Source: Felis catus
Lineage: Eukaryota
NCBI RefSeq assembly: GCF_018350175.1
Contig: NC_058372.1
Coordinates: 30,876,001 to 30,940,000, forward strand
Direction of reading: 5' to 3'
DNA: 64,000 nucleotides
The stretch's first letter is position 1. The number at the start of each line of letters is the position of its first letter. A program made the position numbers and the translations under genes. The notes beneath the pieces are model-generated. The model saw nothing but the letters and a program-made list of their open reading frames with translations. It searched no databases and was not told where the DNA came from. Below, in pieces: positions 14,133-27,733 of this stretch.

Positions 14133-15499
14133 GCCTGTGGTGTCGCTGGGACAGGGTGTCTGCAGCGGGAGTCGGGGTCCCTGGCTGGCGTCAGAGTCTT
14201 GGTGTGCGGATTGCGCAGCCGGTGGCGGCGGCAGCACAGAGATGGAGAGATGAAGACAGCGGCGGGGGGCGGAGGGAGAGCCGGGAAGGGGGGGGGGAGC
14301 TTAAAGGGGCCGAGGAGAGGGAGGGGGAGAGTTTCCGAGGTACCCTCACTAGGTCTCTCCTCCTCTCACCCCGGCATTCAGGCCCCCAGTTTGGGCTCCC
14401 TTGGAGTTGTCATGGAAACAGGGAGGCAAGCAAGACCAGGCAAGGCGGGTGGGACTAAGGGAAGGAGGGAGTGGGGGGGGGGGGGGGAGGAGGGAGAACT
14501 CTCTAGAGTCTTCCCCTCCAAGACTGGCTACAGTGATTATACTGTGGGAGGAAGTGAGCAGGTGCTCGGTGGATTCAATACCCCAGTCCCCACCGGATCT
14601 GGTTCACCCTAGTCAGATGTCCCCCTCCTCAGCTTCCCTCAGAGTCCCTGCAAGTTCTCAGGACCTTCTCCCCAATGCTTGGCCTTAGCTGCCCTCACTT
14701 TAAGAAAGATAACTGCGGGAGAGAGAACTGCAGAGTTGAGACCCGCGATGACCTGAAAGAGTTCCCAGGGTTATGGTCTGGGTGAATTGCAGGTAAAATG
14801 GGGGGCTTGGGTCTAGAGTATTTCCAGGGGAGTAGGACCTGCGGTTAGGGGGGATGGGGGTGGGAGAAGGACAGAGAGTAAGTTTGGGGGATAATATATG
14901 CTCTTTCCCCACTTGATTATCGGGCTTCTTAGAGTTCCTGGGCCCCTCAGTGTTCAGATCCATTTTTTAAAATTCCACCCATCCACCCACCACCTCTGCC
15001 AAGACGCAACGCCACCTCCTGAGTCGACGGGAGTGCGAGGTTCAGGGCACAGCAGTAATTGCAGTCTTTTATTTGTTCATTGTATCTTGGGGACACGTAT
15101 ATGGGGAGGGGAGGTGAAGACAGGCCGTCTACCGAGACTTACAGGAGTTGGGCTTTTTGCAAAAACGCAGTCGGGGACCCTCCCCTACCTCCACCTTCAG
15201 ATTAGTACTGCCCAACCCCCACCCGAGGCAGTCGCCCTCCCGGGCTGTGTCCTCGCCCTCGCGTCCAAGTGGAGCCTACAGAGCTCCAGACATTTAGGTC
15301 ACGGCCCCAAGCTGGTTGTTCCAGTTTCCAAGGCGTTTGCCTGAGCCCCCGACCCCCCACTGCCACCCCATCCTCACACTACACAACTCTGGGGCACAGA
15401 TTGGTTTTATTGAGAGACTTTAGACCGGGAAAGACCTTGTGAACAGGAGGGATTCAGACAAGCTTCGAAATCCTTTTCTCAACGGAAGCGTCTTTCAAT

Positions 15500-16990
15500 G
15501 CTAAGCAAAAGCCCACCTAGGTATCGGGTAGGGATCAAGGCGGAGTTGCGGGACGTCTGGAGCTCGGAAGTCTGGAAGGGGTTCGAAGGTCTGCGTCGGG
15601 AGCCGCACACAGGAACTCCCGGCTAAGGGCCGATTGTGGGGGTCTCTCAAGTTGAAAGACTGGTGGAAACCACGCACGCGTGAGTCAGCGCTGCCCCAGG
15701 GGCCCTCCGCCCCTTGGAGGTGGGTCGTGTACCAGGAGTGGAGTAGAGTAGGCCAGGAGAAACTGGGCCAGGCTGCACTTTTAGCTCGAGGGGCCTCGAG
15801 GACTCTTCGCGTCTCTGGAGACAAGGGCACTACACGCACTTCATAATGAAGAGTTGTAAGACGCTGACCTGGGGCCTGCCGGCAGGCGGGTGGGGATGGG
15901 GAGGGGTCCGCTTGGGCTGGCTTCAGCCCTGATCCGGTGGCCTGAGACGAAATGCGGAGGACTGCCTTTCCGCAGCGCCCTCCCACCTCCCGCGGGGGCA
16001 GGGGAACTTCACGTTCCGCAGCGGAGCCGGACGCCTGAATTGGGAAGTGGGGCGAATCGAGACCAGGAATTCGGACCCTGGTGTCGCTGGTGCCTGGCAG
16101 GGCCAGAACTGGCCTTCTCATGATTCCCAGGATTTGTTTGATGCTTCTTCCTCTCCCCACCAGTCTAAAATGGATCGCTCTGTCTTTTTCCTCCCCCCGC
16201 TCGCGGAGTGCAGTGGAATGTTCCATTGCCCCTCCAGTCCTGGGCCTGCGTTACAGGGGACGCGGGCACGGTTGCCAGGGAAAGCCCCGGACGTGACGGC
16301 GAAGCGCGACCCCTAGCAGCCTCCCCTCTCCCATCCGTCATTCCCCTGCGCGAGCTCTCTTTACACCCTTCCCCTCCCCCCACCTTGCGGGTTCCAGTCT
16401 AGGGAGAAGTAAACAGCTGGCGGAGCCAGGCTCACGGACCTAGGCCAGGTGGGAGCTTGCATTCTCCAGAAGCCTGCGCTGCTGCTCGGGGGTCTTTCTT
16501 GCAAAACCCAGGGTCGTGCATGGCTGGGATGATGCATTAAGAAGATCCTCGGCCTAGGGACCGAGTCCCCGTAGAGTTGGGGGCGGGGCTTCGGGTGCGC
16601 GTCCGTGCGTCAATGTGTAGGGGTGTGTGTTTCCCCACAACCTTGAAGTAAGTTAAAAGTAGGCTGTTTTGTGACCTGAACCTAGTGTGAGCACGGGCGG
16701 GGAGGGGGATCTTGATGCCAGGCGTCTGCTTCGAGGGGAGGGTGTGTTGTCATCTCTCTCACAGGCCCTCATCGCCCCCTTCTCAGGCGGGAGCATGCTG
16801 GGGCTCAGGGGGCTGCGGCTGCCCCCGGCGGGGATCCTGCTCCTGTTGCCGTTCCTGCCGCTGCTGCTGCTGCCCGCAGCCCCCGCGCCCCATCGCGCTC
16901 CCTACAAGCCGGTCATCGTGGTGCACGGGCTCTTTGACAGCTCGTACAGCTTCCGCCACCTGCTGGAATATATCAACGAGGTCTGGTAGG
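15500..16990. promoter_or_regulatory. CpG-rich PPT2 promoter region, probably bidirectional
   Basis: High CpG density, GC box ggggcggggc near 16580, immediately upstream of the PPT2 ATG. Confidence 0.7.
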
Positions 16991-19900
16991 GGACACCCTG
17001 TTGTGGGGCGTTGGAGGCGTCTGTAGTGGCTGGGGAAAGAGAATGGGGAACCGAAAGTTGCCATTCTGGGCCTGCTCAGTTCCTGGAGGAGCTGGTGCTG
17101 GCGTTGGGAGATCGGGGGATGAGATTCCTGGTTCTAGCAGGGCACAATTAGGCATGTGGACACTGCCCAGGGGGGCGGTGTGGAGGGGCTCCACAGTCCA
17201 TCCCCTGTTGCAGCATTGCCCCCTTCCCACAGACACACCCCGGGACTGTGGTGACAGTGCTCGATCTCTTCGATGGGAGAGAGAGCTTGCGACCCTTGTG
17301 GGAACAGGTGCAAGGGTTCGGAGAGGCTGTGGCCCCCATCATGGCAAAGGCCCCTCAAGGGGTGCATCTCATCTGCTACTCGCAGGGTAGGCGCCCTCCC
17401 CCTCCCAACTCCTAAGCCCTCTCTGAGGCTTGATCTTTATCTGAGGGACACATTCTAGTGTCCCCTTTTCTGAACCACATTCTTCCAGCCCTGGTACCTG
17501 AGCCCTACTTTTCTGACTTCCTTCAGCACTTGGGTCTTATCTCTGTGTCCTGAGTGGGAGGGAGGCTCCCTGCACTGCTGTCTCCTTTTGCCATTACCCA
17601 TGGTTCTTGGAAATAAGGGATAATGGGGAAGTAAAAAACACCCTACAGTTAGAGTCAGAAGACCCAGAATCTAATCTGGCTCTGTCACTTACATGATGTA
17701 TATAGCCTTTTGCCACAGGGTGTGCCTGTTTTCTCTGGGCCTCAGTCTCCTTATGTACATTGTGGTGGGTGGAGGGGGGTGCCTAGTGGAGAGGTTGTTG
17801 GCCTGGCTGTCCCTGAGTCCCTGTCCAATGTGGTGTTCTGCCTCCAGGGGGCCTGGTGTGCCGGGCACTGCTCTCTGTCATGGATGAGCACAATGTGGAT
17901 TCTTTCATCTCTCTCTCCTCTCCACAAATGGGACAGTATGGAGGTGAGCGGGGATCGTAAGGTCAAAGGGGGCCCCGAGTTTTGAGGACACAAAGGTTTG
18001 GGGCCACTTGATACTGCTGTTCTCTTGCCAGATACAGACTATTTGAAGTGGCTCTTCCCTACCTCCATGAGGTCTAACCTCTATCGGATCTGCTATAGCC
18101 CCTGGGGCCAGGAATTCTCCATCTGCAACTACTGGCACGGTGAGTAGGGGATGCCAAACGGGACTCCATGAGAGGGCACCCTGGAGGGTAGGGCCAGCTG
18201 CTCCCACCTGTACCATAACCAACAGCAGTGATGATGAAGATAACTTCATGTAATGAGCACTTACTGTGTGGACAGTCGCTGTTCAGAATGCTTTATGTGT
18301 GTTACCTTATCACCTCAGAGTATAGTCTCGTGCAGAGATCACAAGCCAGATAGTACATATTTTTGGTTTTGCAGGCCATTTGGTCTCTGTCGCAAATACA
18401 ATTCTGCCACAGTAGTTTGAAAGCAACCATACACCATATGTAAATGCATGTATCTGTGTTCCAAAAAACTTTATTTATACAGGTAAGCAGTGGGCTGGGT
18501 TTGGCCCATGGTCCATAGTTTGCAAACACCTAGTGTAGTTTTTAAGACCATGGATGCTGGGTCCAGACTACTTGTGTTTGAAGCTTGACCTTGTCGGGTG
18601 ACTGTGGACAAGTTACTTAACCTTACTGTGGCTGTTTTCCTTACCTGTAAAATAATAATCTAGTATCTACCCTATAGGTGGTTGTGAAGATTGAATAAAT
18701 TAACAAATGTAATGTACTTTGAACAGTATCTGACATAGTAAGTGCTGGACAAAGGTGTTTGGTATCGTGTTTACAATTATTATTATTGTTGATACTATTC
18801 ACCTTACCTGCTATTGTAGTCTCCTGGTCGTTTTTTCAGACTCTGATCTTGCTTCTTTTCCCTGCTTCTCTTTCTAACTGCTGTTTGTACCTAGACCCCC
18901 ACCATGATGACTTGTACCTCAACGCCAGCAGCTTTCTGGCCCTGATCAATGGGGAAAGAGATCATCCCAATGCCACTGGTGAGACTCCAGGCTCCTTCCT
19001 GGGTCCCGTTTTCTGCTCCAACCCCCTGTGTTTCCCTCTCCAACCTGGCCTGACTCCTGTGACTGACTCAGGCTCTTTTCTTCCCACCCTTCAGCATGGA
19101 GGAAGAACTTTCTTCGTGTGGGCCGCCTGGTGCTGATTGGGGGCCCTGATGATGGTGTTATTACCCCCTGGCAGTCCAGGTAATATGGGACTGTGTGGCC
19201 CAAAGATTGGCTAAGGATACCCCTTAGCCCCCAACAATTAATCTCCTGCCTGAAACTGGCCTGTACCTCCCACTGGTCAGCTAATGCTCCCATCCTCCAT
19301 ATATCCTGTCACTCAACAACAAAACCTGGGAGTCATTCCTCAATGCCTTGTATCTAGCCCGTCAGACTCTACTTCCCCTCCATCCCTAAACCCCTGCTTT
19401 GTAAAAACTTTTAACTTTGAAATAATTATAGATTCATAGGAAGTTGCAAAGATAGTTTAGAGAGGTCCTACATAGGTATCTTTTGCCCGGTTCCCCCAGT
19501 GATTGCATCCTATGTAACTACAGCACAGTATCAAAACCAGGAAATCGTCATTGGTAGGATGTGTGTGTATAATTCCATGCCACGTTTCCTTCCACCTCTT
19601 TTATATACCTGGACTTTTGTAATAGCCTCCAGCCTTATCTCCTCCATCCGATTCCTCAGGAAAATCTATGGCTCCATTGTGCTATGTGTGGGCCTCTGCT
19701 GCAATTCATCATGAGTGATCTGAAATGTCACCTAAGCTCCTTTAGTCATTCAACAAATATTTATTGAGCACTGTATATATGCCCAGGCCCTGTTCTGGGC
19801 CATTGGGATGCAGCGGTAAATGAAAGAGAAGTCCCCACTCTTACGTAGTTTAAGGTCTAGTGTGGGAGACAGAAAAATAGATGCAAATATGTATGTCAGG

Positions 19901-21646
19901 TGGTGATGAGACAGGCAGGGGAAGGGATTAGAGGGTGACTGGACCCTATGTCAGATAGTAGCCAGATAAGTCCTGGAAGACTTGTCATGGGAGTAGAAAC
20001 TTAAGGAAGTGAGGGAAGGAGCTGTCCAACAATCTGGGGGAGAAAAACGACTCAGGGAAAAGGAGTGGCACCTACAGAGGTCCTGGGGCTGGTGTGAGGA
20101 ATAGGGTCGCCAGTGTGGCTAGAGCCCAGGGAGCTGGGAAGAGGGTGGGAGAGGAGATGAAAGAGGTAGCAGGGAGCCAGAAATATTGACCCTTTGTAGG
20201 GCAAAGTAAGGCCCTTGTTTTTTATTTTTGTTTTTTCCTAAAATTTACAGAACATAAAATTTACCATTTTAAGTGTGCAGTGCAGCGGCAATGAAGCACA
20301 TTGGCATTCTTGTGTAACCATCACCACCATCCATATTCAGAACTTTTTTTTTCTTCCCAAACTGAAACTCCATAGCCATTAAACAAGAACTCCCCATCTC
20401 TGCCTCCCCCCAGCTCCTGGCAACCATGGCCCTTGATTTTTTAATCTGAGTGAGATGAAAAAGGCATTGGAGGGTTTTAAGTGAAGGAGTCCTGTTCCTT
20501 ATAGTAGCAAGGGTTGGGATTTATTCTATCTCATTTTACATCTATGACCCTCTGAAGATTGTAATAGCTCACAGTTATATAGTACCTTTTATGTCCCAAG
20601 GCACAATTCTAAGTACTTTTCAAATAAATCTCCTTTAATCTTCCTTTGACATATAAGGAGACAGGGTTCATGGTAATTACTATTATCCTCGTTTAACATG
20701 TAAGGAAACTTAGGTGCAAGGAGCTTAAATAACTTGTCTCCATTCATAGAGTTAGTAACTGGTGAAGTCAGGCTATCTAACTTAACCAGGGTGTTTCACT
20801 TCCTCTCTGAAAAGGAAGTATTCTTAAGTAGGACAAAGAGGATAAGTAATATGCTCAACCACATACATTTGGGAGTGTGTGGTAGAGCTGGAGTTCACAT
20901 CCAGGTCTGTGTGCCCCTACTGCTCTCCTATACCTGATGAAATCCAGCCCCTCCATGTGGTCTTCAGGCCCCCAACCCAGCTCCCCCATGTGCCCAGCTG
21001 GGCCTCACCTCTGTACCTTTGCTCCTGCTCTTCTGTTTGCTGGGGGATCAGCCTTCCCTAGTGGAGAGTACCTCACTGGGAAGGCTTTGTTGGTGCTCTA
21101 AAACCAGCGAGGTGGTCTTTTTTTGTTCCCATTGTCCCTTGGACTTAGCACTATTAACGTTTGTTGTTCATGGTCAGTGCCCACTCACTGCCCATGCCAA
21201 TTAAATATTACTTTTCAAAATTTTAAGACCTTTTTATTTTGAAATAACTTCATACTTAATAAGTTGCTTAAGTATTACAAAACAATTGTGTGTACTCTTC
21301 ACCCAGATTTTCTAAAGGTTACCATTTTGCCATGTTTATGTCCTCATTCTTTCTTCCCTCTAAATATGTATACGGGGGTATAGGTGTGTTTGTGAACCAT
21401 TTGAGAGTAGGTTGTAGACATGATGTCTCTTTACTCCTAAAACTTCAGTGTGTCAGTGTCTGTTTTGTGTATACTTCTCTTTACATATCCACAATATAAT
21501 TATCAAAGTCAGGAAGTTAACATCAATAAGATACTCTATAGACCTTATTCAAATATTTTCCAGTTGTCCTCATAGGGGAAAAAAAAATGCAGTGCAAGAT
21601 CTAACCTGGGATCATGTGTTGCATTTACTTGTCCGTGTCTCTTTAG

Positions 21647-21679
<33 letters not shown>

Positions 21680-22376
21680 CCCCCTAGGATATTTCCTCTG
21701 TCTTCGTCCATTACATTGATATTTTTGAACTATTTTGTAGAATGTCCCTCAGTTTGGGTTTGTTGGCGGTTTCCTCATGATTAGATTCAGGTTTGCATTT
21801 TTGATGGGACTCTGTAGAAGCAACGCTGTAGCCTCTGTGTCACCTTGTGAGGTACATGATATCCACTTGAATATTGTGAGTGTCTTCCTTGCTGCCTATC
21901 TCCCAATAGGCCATGAGTTCCGGAGGTCCCTCCCCTAGCCTACCTTGATTTTCTCCCGCTCTCCTGATAACCTCCTCCCCTACCCGCCCTCAATCTCTTT
22001 GTAGCTTCTTTGGTTTCTATGATGCAAATGAGACGGTCTTGGAGATGGAGGAGCAACCGGTGAGCCCCCTGGGATGACTTCCCCTTTCTTCTGGCACAGC
22101 CCCACCTCAGTCTGTAGCCCTCCCTGCCACTGACCCCTTGAGCTGAAGGGTTCACCCTGTGGGGAGGGGACCTGGGACACCAGGAGGAGCTCACTTTGTT
22201 TCTCCTTTTATGACTCTTTGCCCACCTTGAAGGTTTATCTGCGGGATTCTTTTGGGTTGAAGACTCTCTTGGCTCGGGGAGCCATAGTGAGGTGTCCGAT
22301 GGCTGGGATCTCCCATACGGCCTGGCACTCCAACCGTACCCTTTATGAGACCTGCATTGAACCTTGGCTCTCCTGA
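16795..22376 (+). CDS. PPT2: Lysosomal thioesterase palmitoyl-protein thioesterase 2, 303 aa
   Basis: Exons 16795-16980, 17233-17386, 17848-17943, 18032-18139, 18895-18978, 19095-19179, 22005-22059, 22233-22376 (912 nt). Signal peptide, [11 protein letters not shown], nucleophile motif [27 protein letters not shown]. Confidence 0.97.
18335..18530. mobile_element. MER58-like DNA transposon with adjacent MIR pieces (to ~18750), PPT2 intron
   Basis: gccagatagtacatatttttggttttgcaggcc...ggcccatggtccatagtttgc. Confidence 0.65.
19400..21860. mobile_element. Cluster of ancient L1M, L2 and MIR fragments in the long PPT2 intron
   Basis: tgaaataattatagattcataggaagttgcaaag (L1M), cattcaacaaatatttattgagcac (L2), taaggaaacttaggtgcaaggagcttaaataacttg (MIR). 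Confidence 0.6.
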
Positions 22377-23033
22377 GGATGTCCTCAGGGATCCCTCAGG
22401 AACTTCCCAGCCCAGAGACCAAGCGGTGGCCTTGGAAAGCAGATGTCAGCTCCGGTGTGCCTGCAACCACCCCATTGCTCCCACACTGCCCCCACCAACC
22501 AGGGCTCCCAGGACTCCCTTCCTGTGCTCCTCTGTAGATGACAAATCCTGGTCTCCCCCCACCTCATGTTTGGGGTTTGCTCCATGCTCTCTCACTCTCC
22601 CGAGGCCGAGGCCGAGGTCGGGAAGAGAGAAACCAGGTTTTTATCTCGTGGCTGCTCCTGCTGCTGTGGCTGCTCTGTCTCTGGCTGTATAGGAGAACCC
22701 AGCCCCTGCCCACTACAGGGGTCTCCTTCTAGGCCACTCAGGACATTTTTAGCTCCTGTTCTCCCCATGTTCCCTTTTCCCTTTTTCTCAGCCCTCCCAA
22801 CTCCCAGGAAGGACTACCCATGAGAGTGGGGTTCTGAGGCTCCCCTATGGGGACAGTTCCGTTCTTGAAATGTCAGTGTTGGGGAATATCTATGGCCTGT
22901 GAGGCCCATCTCAGGTTTGGGGATCCCCCAGTCCCTCTGTTCAGTGTTGGGGTACCCCCTGGGAGCCTAGTGTCTTTGAGGCCCCAGCCCCTTTTAGCTA
23001 CCATTGAATGGGTGTTAACCCTGTATTTATGGA

Positions 23034-23039
23034 AATAAA
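23034..23039 (+). terminator. PPT2 poly(A) signal
   Basis: AATAAA followed by GT-rich sequence (gtgtggtttgg). Confidence 0.75.
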
Positions 23040-24433
23040 AGTCCATTTCCTCAGTGTGGTTTGGCTCCTTTCCAGGTGAGGGGGACCTGGCTCCCCAAGG
23101 AGGGTGGGGATGGAGAGCCTGAGGTCTGGGTGCCCGGATGCCTGGTGTGGGGTGGGACCCCCTTGGTGTTTCCGCTCTCTAAATGCCCATTCTGTGTGGG
23201 TTCCTGATTCTCTGTGGGTTCTTTCCTGCAGAGGACAATTCTCTTCCTGTTCCAGCCTAAGCCTGGGGGGCTGAGCCCAGGGCTTCAGTGGTTTGTGCCC
23301 TAGCCTCATGGGTGGAATGCGTCTGCCACCCCCAGGCTAGACGAGGGGGCTAAGGGTCAGGGTGGGCATTTGTTGCACCCCTTTTCGACCTTTGTAGGCC
23401 TGAGTTGGGTGAGGGGCTGGACAATGAGCCTCCTCTTCCCTAAAAGAAGGAATTTTGGTGGAGACAATAGGGCCCTGTCTGCTCTGGTATGGGGGGCGGT
23501 GGCTGACTCAACTCTGCCCCCCACCCCCAGGCCCTAACAAATGTCATCATCAAATGGGGGCAATTTCCCCTTAGTGCCATGGGCTTCCCACCCACCCCCC
23601 TTGTCCCTTTGTGACGATTTGCCCTCCTTTCTTTCCTCATTGAATCTTGCCTCTTCTCCCATGACCTGACCCTGCTTTTCTCTGCCAGCTCTCTCTCCCT
23701 GTTCCTCAGTTCTCCCCGAGTCTGTGTTGGGTTGAGGGGTGTGTCAAGAGCCAGGGGTACTGGTGGTGTTACAGAGCTGGTAGCCTCTGCTGATCTGGGG
23801 AGTCCAGAAATAAGGGGGTTCGAAGAGTTTGGAATTTACTTCTAGGGGGCCCTTTGCTGGGGTGGTGGTGAAGGTAGTGGGACTTAGACCCCATGGAGCT
23901 GATCAAGCAGGAGCTGTGAAGGAGGCTTGTGGGAGGGGGCAGGGATGGGAGGATTCTGTCTGGCCCAGCCCCTCCTCTCCTTTCCAGCCTGCCCAACCCG
24001 CCCACCAGTCTGAGCTGCTGTTGCTGAGGCTGGTCTGCTGGAAGTCTCCGGGAGAGAGGGAAAGACAGGTGGGGAGACAGTGTCAACGGGGAATGAGCCT
24101 TAGCGTGAGTGTGAGTTGGGGAGTGTGGTAGGAGTGAGGGTGTGGGTATGTGGGGTAGTAGGAATGTGTTTAAGGTGCAGTTTCCAGGTGCATGGGTTTG
24201 TGTGCAGGGTGTGAGGGGGTGTAATGGTGAATATCTGAGACTTTGAAGGTAGAAAAATTAAGATAGAAGAGGGTTGTTACAGATAGGAAGGTTATGGGCA
24301 GAGTGTGTGTGTAGAGAAGATGGAGGGAGTGTGTTGGGGTGTGCAATTGCATGATGCATGCTTGGACCATGCTGTGCTGGATGAAGGGGTCGTGTTAAAT
24401 GTACACGCAGGTGTAGACAATCCTGGTGGCTAG

Positions 24434-26449
<2,016 letters not shown>

Positions 26450-26697
26450 TTTATACAGAAATTGGCCCCACTAATCCTCTGGGATTGGCCAGCTGGGGAA
26501 GCGAAGATAAGGTTATCTGCCACTAAGGAGCAATGAGTGACGGAAACTTACGAGAGCTGAAGGAAGGGGGAAAGATGGGTGCCTTGGGCCCACCCCTGAG
26601 TCTTTTGGCTGGGGGAGGTGGCCTAGGCGAGAACCACTTCAATGCCTTAACAAATGCAGCCAGAAAGTGCCCAGATCTCTCTCTCTCTCTCTCAATC

Positions 26698-26703
26698 TTT
26701 ATT
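26698..26703 (-). terminator. AGPAT1 poly(A) signal
   Basis: tttatt on +, about 1 kb past the AGPAT1 stop. Confidence 0.65.
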
Positions 26704-26733
26704 CTCAGGTTTCTTGCTGTTATCCAGATAATT

Positions 26734-26739
26734 AATAAA
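26734..26739 (+). terminator. EGFL8 poly(A) signal
   Basis: First AATAAA after the EGFL8 stop. Confidence 0.7.
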
Positions 26740-27733
26740 AACCACACAAAACTGGGTCCCACCCTCTCTTTTTGCTCCCAGCCCACCTTCCCAGTTGTGG
26801 GCACAGGTCTGGGGTGGGAGGCAGGAGTGGCTAATGCCACAGGGAGGAAATGAAAACTGGCTCAGAGAGGGGAAGCCTCAAAAGAAAGAGAAATAAATTA
26901 AAAGCCCTCCCATCCCCTCCAGCCAGGGTTCAGTTCCTTTCCCCAACTTCCCAGGGAGCAGAAGTGAGTGCAGCACCTAATGTCTGCCTCTTCCCCTTGT
27001 GTCTGGTTAGAATGGTACAGCCGGGCTGCAGGGGACTGGGTTGGGGCCAGGACCACTGAAGAACTGTACCACAGGGATGGGGGGAAGCAGAAATGTGGAG
27101 ACCAAACTGGCATCTAGGAGTATGCTCACCCCTGGGCACCTGGGTATGGGCAGGATGAAACCTCTGAGTGAGAAGAGTCCAGCCTCCACTGATAGGAGGC
27201 TCCATGGGAGGGAGGGTGAGGGTGCTGAGGACTGTTCCCAGGATAAGCCAGGAATGTTCCAGGCATTGCTTCCAGCCACAGTGTGAGGAGTCCTCACAAA
27301 CGGATAAGTCCACTGAATCCATGGACTTGTGGTAGGGTATTGTTCCATAGAATGGATGAGTCCACTGGCCAATGTGGGGTGGAGAGGGAGAGAAGATCAC
27401 AAAAGAAGAGGGTCCCCTGGGGAAAGGATGGTGTGTTCCCACCCTTGTGTAGGTGAGCCACTGGAGATGAGGGGGAGGCAACCGTCCCAAAGACAAGATG
27501 GCACAGGAGGTGGGTGGGGGTCAGAGTGGAGACTGCACCGAGGCAAGAGAGTCCATGGGGGGAGCTGGGAAGGGACAAGGAGCGGTGCTATATCCACATT
27601 CACTTCAGAAATTGAAGATTCCAAAGAGGAGAACAGTGGGGAGAGGAGAAACAAGGAAGTGGGCTTGGCCCTGCTTCAGGGCCCACTGGGTTGGTAGGTG
27701 TGGGAGGAACATGGGGGTAGATGGGAAGGGAGC

